This document shows, in pieces, positions 43,140 to 51,773 of a stretch of DNA of 64,000 nt (positions are counted from its first letter, which is position 1; every line of letters starts with the position of its first letter). The notes beneath the pieces are model-generated. The model was not told the DNA's origin. It saw only the letters and a list, made by a program, of their open reading frames with translations, and did no database searches. Both the position numbers and the translations under genes were made by a program. Source of the DNA: Aulosira sp. ZfuVER01 (GTDB lineage: Bacteria; Cyanobacteriota; Cyanobacteriia; Cyanobacteriales; Nostocaceae); the NCBI GenBank assembly GCA_034530615.2, contig JAVRCV020000023.1, positions 1 through 64,000 of the forward strand. The letters are read 5' to 3'.

Positions 43140-43166
43140 GCATTAAACTTGCACTTAATTTAATGC
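43140..43166. promoter_or_regulatory. Inverted repeat, probable TA autorepression operator
   Basis: GCATTAAA-11 nt-TTTAATGC, 12 bp upstream of the antitoxin ATG. Confidence 0.55.
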
Positions 43167-43291
43167 TATCTCGAAGGCTTCCGTCTACTAGAAATTTGTC
43201 TGTTCAGGCAGGCAGTACCGCGTTTTACTTGAGAAAAATCACACATCGCGCTAGTCTTCATTAGCAAAACTGCACGCTGTGACATTTGGTA

Positions 43292-45709
43292 ATGACAAAT
43301 CAAACCCCCCTGCAAATCCCTACTTGCACTTGGAGTCGTCCCATTGGTCTTGGTTGGGACAAGCCCTACACTGTCCGCTACGCTAGTAATATTGATGACG
43401 GCCCTTGGCATGGTATGCCTTTAGGTGGCTTTGGTGCAGGTTGCATCGGTCATTCTTCAAGGGGAGACTTTAATCTCTGGCACATTGACGGGGGAGAGCA
43501 TACTTTTAAAAATATCCCCGCCTGTCAGTTCAGTGTGTTTGAGTCTCATGGCACATCTTCCCAAGCTTATGCTTTATCTACCCAACTACCTGAGGATGCT
43601 ACTCTCAATGCTTGGCAATGGTATCCAATTAGCCAAGAAGCAAGTGAGATTTCCCACACGGGTACTTATCACGCACTATATCCTCGCAGTTGGTTTGTCT
43701 ACGAAAATGTATTGCAAGCACAGTTAACCTGTGAGCAGTTTTCCCCTATCTGGGCAAATAACTATCAAGAAACTAGTTACCCAGTGGCGATATTTCTCTG
43801 GAATGCCCATAATCCAACGAATGCACCTATCACTCTTAGTATCATGCTCACCTGGGAGAATATGGTGGGCTGGTTTACAAATGCTTTGAAATCCCCAGAG
43901 GTGAAGATTAGGGATGATGGTAGCCCGGTGTATGAGTATCAGCCACTTTTGGGCAAGAGTCAAGGTAATTACAACCAATTAGTGGAAAATGACCAATACA
44001 TTGGTTGTTTTTTATCTCGGGTTAAGAGTGATGCACCTGCGCAGGAAGGTGATGGTAGCTGGTGTATCGCCACCCTAAAACATCCCCAGGTAGAAGTATT
44101 TCATCACACTAGATGGAATTCAGCTGGTACTGGTAATGAGTTGTGGCAAAGCTTTGCTCGTGATGGTTCGTTGTCCAATTACGTTGATGCAACTCCAGCA
44201 CCAGATAATACACAAATAGGAGCAGCGATCGCACTCCGCTTCACCCTGCAACCAGGAGAATCTCTAGAAATTCCCTTCGTATTAGCTTGGGATTTTCCAG
44301 TAACAGAATTTGCAGCCGGAGTTAACTATTACCGCAGATATACAGATTTTTTTGGGCAAGATGGTAATAATGCTTGGGCGATCGCATCTACTGCTTTAGC
44401 TGAATACCAAAATTGGCGATCGCAGATTCAAAGTTGGCAACAACCCATCCTCGACCGGGAGGATTTACCCGCTTGGTTTAAGATGGCTTTATTTAACGAG
44501 CTTTATGACCTCACCAGTGGTGGTACTCTCTGGAGTGCTGCATCAAAACTCGACCCCATAGGTCAGTTTGCGGTGCTGGAGTGCTTAGATTACCGCTGGT
44601 ATGAAAGTTTAGATGTGCGTTTGTATGGTTCTTTCGCCTTGCTAATCTTGTTTCCTGAACTGGAAAAATCAGTGATGCGGGCTTTTGCACGGGCAATTCC
44701 CCAAAGTGACGATCGCCAACGTGTTATTGGCTATTACTACACAATTGGCGCAGACACTACCACCGCCGTCCGCAAAGTCGCAGGCGCAACACCCCACGAT
44801 TTAGGCGCACCCAATGAACACGTCTGGGAGAAAACCAACTACACCTGCTACCAAGACTGTAATTTATGGAAGGATTTAGGCAGTGATTTTGTACTGCAAG
44901 TATACCGAGATTTTCTGCTCACGGGTGCTGATGATGTGCAATTCCTAGCAGATTGCTGGGATGCGATTGTTCAAACCCTCGACTACCTGAAAACTTTCGA
45001 TCTAGATGGCGATGGGATTCCAGAGAATTCTGGTGCGCCCGATCAAACTTTTGATGATTGGCGACTGCAAGGTGTGAGTGCATATTGCGGCGGGTTGTGG
45101 TTGGCAGCTTTAGAAGCTGCGATCGCAATTAGCGATATTTTACTCGAGGCAAACCTTGTAAACCTTGGGGACTTAGTAGTACAAAAAGCTATCTATCAAG
45201 CTTGGTTGCAACAATCTCGCCCGATCTACGAAGAAAAACTTTGGAATGGGCAATATTACCGCCTAGATAGTGAGAGTGGTTCTGATGTGGTGATGGCGGA
45301 TCAGTTGTGCGGACAATTTTATGCACGATTGTTGGGATTACCGGATATTGTAGATAGCGATCGCGCTTTATCTGCACTAAAAACTGTTTATGAGGCTTGC
45401 TTTCTCAAGTTCCAAAATGGTCAGTTCGGTGCTGCAAACGGTGTTCTTCCCGACGGTTCCCCAGAAAATCCTAAAGCTACTCACCCTCTGGAAGTCTGGA
45501 CAGGTATCAACTTTGGACTAGCAGCTTTTCTTGTACAGATGGGAATGCAGGATGAAGCATTGCGCTTAACACAAGCTGTAGTGCAGCAAGTCTACGATAA
45601 CGGGTTACAATTCCGCACACCCGAAGCCATCACCGCATCTGGGACTTTTCGTGCCAGTACCTACCTGCGGGCAATGGCTATTTGGGCAATTTACTTAGTT
45701 ATTGGTTAA
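43292..45709 (+). CDS. GH116 glycoside hydrolase (non-lysosomal glucosylceramidase/beta-glucosidase-like)
   Basis: GMPLGGFGAG, YHALYPRSW, LECLDYRWYESLDV, PHDLG, WKDL, PDQTFDDW, FRTPEA, YLRAMAIWA. Confidence 0.93.
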   Translation: MTNQTPLQIPTCTWSRPIGLGWDKPYTVRYASNIDDGPWHGMPLGGFGAGCIGHSSRGDFNLWHIDGGEHTFKNIPACQFSVFESHGTSSQAYALSTQLPEDATLNAWQWYPISQEASEISHTGTYHALYPRSWFVYENVLQAQLTCEQFSPIWANNYQETSYPVAIFLWNAHNPTNAPITLSIMLTWENMVGWFTNALKSPEVKIRDDGSPVYEYQPLLGKSQGNYNQLVENDQYIGCFLSRVKSDAPAQEGDGSWCIATLKHPQVEVFHHTRWNSAGTGNELWQSFARDGSLSNYVDATPAPDNTQIGAAIALRFTLQPGESLEIPFVLAWDFPVTEFAAGVNYYRRYTDFFGQDGNNAWAIASTALAEYQNWRSQIQSWQQPILDREDLPAWFKMALFNELYDLTSGGTLWSAASKLDPIGQFAVLECLDYRWYESLDVRLYGSFALLILFPELEKSVMRAFARAIPQSDDRQRVIGYYYTIGADTTTAVRKVAGATPHDLGAPNEHVWEKTNYTCYQDCNLWKDLGSDFVLQVYRDFLLTGADDVQFLADCWDAIVQTLDYLKTFDLDGDGIPENSGAPDQTFDDWRLQGVSAYCGGLWLAALEAAIAISDILLEANLVNLGDLVVQKAIYQAWLQQSRPIYEEKLWNGQYYRLDSESGSDVVMADQLCGQFYARLLGLPDIVDSDRALSALKTVYEACFLKFQNGQFGAANGVLPDGSPENPKATHPLEVWTGINFGLAAFLVQMGMQDEALRLTQAVVQQVYDNGLQFRTPEAITASGTFRASTYLRAMAIWAIYLVIG

Positions 45710-45791
45710 TTGGGCATGGGGCATGGGGCATGGGGTATTGGGCAAGAGCCAAGAGTCAAAGGTCAATAGTTATTTCTCCCTTGTCTCCCCT

Positions 45792-45843
45792 TCGGGTTCG
45801 CAGTCGCCTGCGGAGGGAAACCCTCCCGCAGCGCTGTCTCACC
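45792..45843. repeat. Small dispersed hairpin repeat embedded in STRR tract
   Basis: GGGTTCGCAGTCGCCTGCGGAGGGAAACCCTCCCGCAGCGCTGTCTCACC with central GGAGGG-AAA-CCCTCC stem; STRRs flank it (45711-45900). Confidence 0.65.
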
Positions 45844-46222
45844 TTGTCTTCCTTGCCCCATTTCTCCCCGCACTCCCTTGTCCCCCTCATCCCCATCCTT
45901 TTGATTAACTAATCTGAAAATTGCAACCAAATATACATACAAATAAAAATATACGTTCTATTATTTTCATTTTGCCACTTACTTTACTTGTAGCTTAGAC
46001 AATAAGTATTTATATCTGTGATTTTATTTTCCGGGTGTTTTAAAATTAAAGGGAAAAGGTAAGTAATACTAAGAAAGATGCTAAAGGTTGAAACCTCAAG
46101 TCTAGTGTTTTCAAAGTATCCAGCATCTCTATCTCTAGCCATTCAGAGGACTAATCTCACAAATTTTATGTTCATCATTAACAATTTTTACTTGCTCAAA
46201 AAATCATTTTTATTAGGTTTCT

Positions 46223-46236
46223 GTAAAAATCAATAC
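46223..46236. promoter_or_regulatory. NtcA-like box GTA-N8-TAC upstream of the hetC-like remnant
   Basis: GTAAAAATCAATAC, ~425 bp upstream of ATG 46662; no clean TAN3T at canonical spacing. Confidence 0.35.
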
Positions 46237-46661
46237 TATAAATGCAGATTTTTGATATGAAAATTTTCCACATTCCTGTAAGATAAAATTTTCATACTTC
46301 ATCCTATGTGACTGCAAATACAGATAAAAGACTGTGAAATCAATACTTACTGATTCAGGAGTAAGTTCAATTTATATTGATGACCGTAGTCTAAGTTGTA
46401 TAGGAAGCGATCGACAGTTGATTAGAACGCTGTTGAAAGCATACATAGGTTGCGATCGGAATTTTTTCTCAACTTTCACTTATGAAAAGCCACTGAAAAA
46501 TGATAACTGAGCAATTGGTGATTAATAACACAAGTAATTGCATTTTGCAGAGGCTGCTGGAATGAGCAAATCCTAACCTTGAAAGAATTAACAACTTTTT
46601 GTACTCTAAGTACTCGCCTCATTAAAGTTAACTAAATTACTCAAAAAACTAAAATTTAGCC

Positions 46662-47083
46662 ATGAACTCCTCTTCATTGTCAAGAGTTCAGGGAGATATG
46701 GAATATACAACTAACCAGCAATCTCCCACTCAAAAAGCGTCTATCCTCCCATTGTTGAGGGTAGTTGCAGGGGATACAAACCTAGCATCAGGCTTAAGTC
46801 AAGTGTGGGTGTTATGGAAGTCCCAGCTAGGTGAGGAACTGACTAGATATGGTTTTAGAGAAAATCTTGAGAATGAATTGCAACTATCCCCAACAAGTTT
46901 GCTGCAAGCTTTTGGCATGGTGTCTCATCTATGGACTCAGACTATGAGCGATCGCGCAATAGTTCAGTATCCACTATACTGATTTTATACAGATGTATAG
47001 TTGTGGAAAACAGCACTCATCTTGCAATGATAGTACTTAACAGTATTGATCTCCACTCAGATCAAATACAATTCAATATGTAA
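46662..47083 (+). pseudogene. hetC: hetC-like ABC exporter remnant (N- and C-termini joined, core deleted, frameshifted)
   Basis: N-terminus MNSSSLSRV..SILPLL.VVAGD.NLASGLSQ..QLGEELT.Y resembles the HetC N-terminus (from memory); second frame 46976-47083 ILILYRCIVVENSTH..Q.QFNM* aligns ungapped with the ABC C-terminus ILVLDRGVLVESGTH..QQQL; lies upstream of hetP. Confidence 0.7.
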
Positions 47084-47598
47084 TCTCCGTCAAACAAACT
47101 CACTAATGATTAAAATATGGCAGCCTTTTTTACATCAATCTAGGGCTATCTGCTGTAGAAGCAAAGTTTTTAATATTCGTCATTGACAGCGTAATTCTCC
47201 GAGTCAATCTACTTTTTTTATAAAAAAATGATTTTTATGATTGATTTATTAACGCGATCGTGAGTTGGCTTTCGACGGTTTATCTATCATAACATAAAAC
47301 AGAATATTTCACAATTTACTATCTGTAAGTCATTACTAAATCTCATACTGTATTTCTAAGAAAGATAGTACAAATTATAAGATTTTAAACAACTGTACCT
47401 CTTGCTGTATAAGCATTATTGCTAATCAAGCTAAAATTAGCTAATACATGAATTTTAAAAATAACTTGCAATAAAGGCGATGAATTTAATTTTATTTTAA
47501 TAATATTAATACTGTAGATTTTTTGCTATTAAACAACAGATTTAATGGTAAACTTTCTTAGTAACACAAGCGTATAAAAGCATTAAACGCTGATTAAG

Positions 47599-47617
47599 TG
47601 AGGGGTAATACCCCTCA
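47599..47617. promoter_or_regulatory. HetR-binding-site-like perfect palindrome upstream of hetP
   Basis: TGAGGGGTAATACCCCTCA; matches the GAGGGG-N5-CCCCTC form of the known hetP-promoter HetR site. Confidence 0.8.
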
Positions 47618-48659
47618 GTATTTATGAAATAAATGGAAAACGGCAAAGTTGTACAATACACTAGTAGATATCGCAATGAAATCCAGAAATTTACCTGATA
47701 AAGCTACTATTTTGGTAGATGACATTAACGGCAAAAAATAGTATAAATAAAAATGTTGTTCTTGATCGTCAAGGATACAGAATTTTTCTTTAATAACCTA
47801 AAATTTATGTAGTTTTCTCAGCATCTCCTAATTTATTGGTTGTATAAAATACATCTATCTTATCAGGGAAAAGTAATTGAATTAGGAGTGGGAAAATTAC
47901 AAGGGACGAAACTGCATCTACCAAGAGCCATCCAGAGACTTTTTTCTGCCAGTCATCTGACATAACAAAGGGTAAATTTTTACCTGACGTTAACTGCCAA
48001 GCAACCGCAGCTTCTTTCATTAGTACTTAGTACCACTTAATGACGGCGGTGGAACTTGGGAGAGTATCTGAAGAATTACGGCAAAAGTCAAGTTTCCGAA
48101 CAAAGGTCAGCTCATGGAAAGAATCATCAGGTTAAATGCAGTCGAAACCTCGAGGCAAGGGAGCAGTGATAGGATGAAGTTTGACGATTTTCTTCCTCAA
48201 GACCATCTTGCTCCTGAAAAAGTATCAATTTGTGGTAGTGCTGTTGCGATGACAACAGTCACTGTACTAGAAGGCTACATAGACACACTTCTAAGAGAGT
48301 TCCCAACCAAGGCAATTGAGAAGCTATTCAGTCTAATCCAAAGGAAAACTCGCATAGCAGTTCTTGAATAGGGGGTGATGCGGAGAGTTACTGGTGTCCC
48401 CTAGTAGAGCGAGTGGTTTTAATCAGGCGACTTCATTTGTCAAGAATGGCAGAAGTTGCTTATAACTTTTGATATTTCTGTTTGAGCTTGTTAATAGAGT
48501 TGTGTTTTCCCTCAGCATTCGCTACTAGTGCATTACCGATATCTTCTTTTAGCTAATTCAGCAAATGCAAATAGGCTAGAGCAGTTTCCTAACTTCAACT
48601 TACATTTCAAAAACCGCAGAAACTCAATCGGTTTACTTCATCACAAGACAAATAACACT

Positions 48660-49049
48660 ATGAACCAAGATATTCCTAGTATTAGTAGCAAATTAAAGAA
48701 CTCAATGCATCCTGAACAGTTCGACCAAGTAGTTGAAGCGATTCTGGCTGGAAAGTATTCATGGGCTTGTGTTTTAATGCTGCGCTTTTCTGGCTACAAT
48801 CCTTTACATTACATTCCTTACCGTACTTACAATCGATTGCTCAAAGAAAACTCTCTGATGAGTCGGTCTAACCAGCAGCAAAATCCCAGCATGAATCTTG
48901 CCAAACAATCTACTGATAAAAGGTCTGATGCTAATATTTCTCCAAACTGCTTAAGTAAAATTAAGGACTTGGCTTATCTTGAAGTTGTGAGCAAGCAAAA
49001 AGCAGAAATGCGTAGTAAAGAGCAGTGGCTGACAAAGAAAGTTCAATAA
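48660..49049 (+). CDS. hetP: HetP-family heterocyst commitment protein, C-terminally shortened by a probable nonsense codon
   Basis: [60 protein letters not shown]; frame stays open for 33 codons after the TAA, to 49151. Confidence 0.9.
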   Translation: MNQDIPSISSKLKNSMHPEQFDQVVEAILAGKYSWACVLMLRFSGYNPLHYIPYRTYNRLLKENSLMSRSNQQQNPSMNLAKQSTDKRSDANISPNCLSKIKDLAYLEVVSKQKAEMRSKEQWLTKKVQ

Positions 49050-49291
49050 TACAGAGCAACTAAATCAGAATTCAACCTAGAAATTTCTCTTGATTCTACT
49101 TTGAATTTCTGCCGATTTAATTCAATAGATCTAGATTCGCAGTTCATTTAGTAGCTGTCTGTTTGCCATGCAGATTAAGTCCCATAGCACGGCAAGTTTA
49201 TTATGCTGTTTTGCTGTTAAATAGACTGCTTGTAAAATCTAGCCTAGAGATTTGCTTTGTGATTCCGAACTTAAAAACTCCTCAATTTAGC

Positions 49292-49320
49292 GTCCTCCTC
49301 CATTAGGAGGACTGCTCTTT
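49292..49320 (+). terminator. Rho-independent terminator after hetP
   Basis: GTCCTCCT-ccatt-AGGAGGAC followed by TGCTCTTT. Confidence 0.6.
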
Positions 49321-49568
49321 GCTAATTTTCAACATTAAAGTTTAATTTGGCTGCTAGTGTGGTTCATTATTATAACTTACAAATGATTATAATGAAACCG
49401 TATAAAGTTTTCTAGAAAAAACATAAATTGCAACAAAGTTGCTGAAAAAACTTAGTAAATACTCGGCTAATTTATCTATAGTTGAAGTTTTTTAAAATAA
49501 GTGCCAACTTTTTTGATGAAATATGCCAAATTGGCAAATATTGCTCGATAAAATTTTATAAATTATAT

Positions 49569-49994
49569 ATGCCAACTGAAACAGAGATGATTGACAAGCC
49601 AATTTCATGTATAGGAACAAAATAAATAATTAGTTCCAATCGTGAATTAGTCAACGTCTCATAGAGTAAATAACTCCAACATTAAGACTCATACTCGAAC
49701 TGTTGCTGCTGGTGGTTCTTTTTCCCAAACAGCTTGAGCTAAGAAAAGTTGGCTGGTGGCTTTCCACAGTCCAGACTTTGAATTACTCCCGCCTAGTTTA
49801 AAGATGGTGGAACTGTAGTTAGTATGGCTTTAGCCCAAAAAGTTATATTTAACACTTATTAGCAAATGTGGGATAGAAAAAGTGACAGTTAAATCTTAGT
49901 CAATGTTGGTAGAACTTATAGCTCTTACACTTCTATAAACGACTATCGTAATCCTTGTCCTCCCAAACAGGATTATGGCTGTTTTAGAAATTAG
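49569..49994 (+). pseudogene. Decayed gene remnant, possibly VHL-beta-domain-like
   Basis: Repaired reading VNVS*-VNNSNIKTHTRTVAAGGSFSQTA*AKKSWLVA has VHL-beta-like spacing; several stops and a frameshift; followed by a terminator. Confidence 0.35.
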
Positions 49995-50012
49995 CAATTT
50001 ATATCATCAATA

Positions 50013-50052
50013 CTGGAAGCTATAAAACTTAAATAGCTTTCAGTTTTTATTT
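50013..50052 (+). terminator. Rho-independent terminator
   Basis: CTGGAAGCTAT-9 nt-ATAGCTTTCAG followed by TTTTTATTT. Confidence 0.6.
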
Positions 50053-51165
50053 AGCAAAAAATTTAGATATTTGTCAGTTTTGTTAGATGGAATTTATAAC
50101 GCACCATCCCAAGGTGGTATAACAGATTAAACTTTTTACAAACAACCTCTGCATTATTGAAATACACACTCAGCAATTTAATGTTGTTAAATTTATGATT
50201 TTACGTCTTAAGATAGATGTAGAAATAGCTATATTATGTATGAAGCTAAAGTATGTATATTTTAAGTTTAAATGATATTTAAGCTAGTGCATATGCTAAG
50301 GAATTTGTACAGTGCATAGCTTCCAATATTATATTTTTAAATAAGTTATTTTTTCAATAAAAGATTTAGCATTGATAGCTATTAATAAAACTTATTTAGT
50401 AAAATTAAAGATTTGATAAAGCAAATGTAAAGTTTTTGCAAAGATGCGGGATTTTTAACAAATAAGCTTGACTAAATTAGGAAAATCTAATATTTAAAGA
50501 AATAGTGTGATCTTTAGTACAGTTAAAGCACTAATTTGCTAGTATCGTCATAAATCCTTTTTTAAAAAGTTTTGGATTGAGAAAGAATCTGCTTTTGCTG
50601 GGCACAATTTCATAAAATACGTACTTTAAAACTAACTTGTTAAGAAAGTCTGGTTTGGCTTGTGATTCCTTTCAATTAATTACTGCCATAACAATTTTAA
50701 AAAAGGTTTTTAACAATCTAAATCAAGGAAGCTAAATATTTAGCGTTTAATAGCATTCATCAGGGGACATAATGGTTATGCTTTCTGGAGATTTTGTCAA
50801 GGTGTCTTTTTGCAATTTGCGAATTATCTACCTTCGCATATTACTCAAAAAGAATTTAATAGAAAAATTATGTCATTTACAAAGAGGGAAAATAACTAGA
50901 GCTAATTTCCTAGTTAATTTCTTATTGCCTAACTTGATTAACGCCAGAAGTACAAATTTTCAACAAAACTAACCGGGGATAACCTCTAGGCTGTTGGAAA
51001 CCTAGAGGGAAAACGCCCGGCTTAGTTGCACATCAAAGTTAAGTGGTTAATTAGTCTTGCAGGACTAATTAACTACGCAATTGTGAAACCTTGGTTATGA
51101 GGATTCAATCACAATTGCAGCGGACGGATTTGCCCACATTTTTAACAGTTGAATGCAACTGGACA

Positions 51166-51699
51166 ATGATTATGTCATACTATTTTGGTCAAAACAAGAC
51201 TGTTGATAGTGAAGTTGTGCAAGCAAGCAGGTTTTTGACACCTTTTCAACACAAGGTTTTACTCAAAAATTTGCAAGCAGATTTACAGCCAGAATATCGT
51301 CGTCGGATTGAAATTATGTTGCTAGCAGATAGGGGTAAATCTCAAACTCATATCTGCCAAATATTAAGTTGTTCCCAAGAGATGGCGCGATACTGGATTG
51401 CTATAGCAGAAGCAGGTCTGGCGCATAAATGGAATGAGCGACCAATTGGGAGACCAAAGACTGTTAATCATCAATATCTTGAAAGGTTAAAAGAATTGGT
51501 GAGTCGTAGTCCGGGTGATTATGGCTATGCATTTAGGAGCTGGACAGCCCAATGTTTAAGCAAACATCTTGCTCAAGAATTTGGGATTGAAATTAGCGAT
51601 CGCCATATTAATCGGCTACTAAAACAAATGGGGTTATCGACCAGGCAAAAACCCTCAAAGCCACACACAACTGATGAGAATTTGCGGCTTACAATCTAA
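51166..51699 (+). CDS. Helix-turn-helix protein related to the IS630 N-terminal DNA-binding region (no DDE domain)
   Basis: YRRRIEIMLLAD.GKSQT.IC..L.CSQEMARYW, GRPK, SP..YGY.F.SWTA..LSKHL..E.GI.IS.RHINRLLKQMGL. Confidence 0.85.
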   Translation: MIMSYYFGQNKTVDSEVVQASRFLTPFQHKVLLKNLQADLQPEYRRRIEIMLLADRGKSQTHICQILSCSQEMARYWIAIAEAGLAHKWNERPIGRPKTVNHQYLERLKELVSRSPGDYGYAFRSWTAQCLSKHLAQEFGIEISDRHINRLLKQMGLSTRQKPSKPHTTDENLRLTI

Positions 51700-51773
51700 C
51701 CCCATAGCCTAATTTATCTTGGTCATCCCATTTGAAACAGACCAATCGCTAATTCAGTCTTGGAGATGAAGAA

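Noticed and set aside
48528..48659. 44-aa N-terminal extension of HetP from GTG 48528
   Set aside because: HetP similarity begins at ATG 48660 (MNQD); the extension looks like leader sequence.
49695..49735. RTVAAGG-SFSQTA as a double-glycine bacteriocin leader
   Set aside because: No start codon or ELS/LS..E leader motif in frame, and stops flank it; better explained as part of a decayed gene.
51091..51699. Active IS630 transposon
   Set aside because: No DDE catalytic domain follows in any frame, no terminal inverted repeats were found, and it sits in operon position before the ABC gene.
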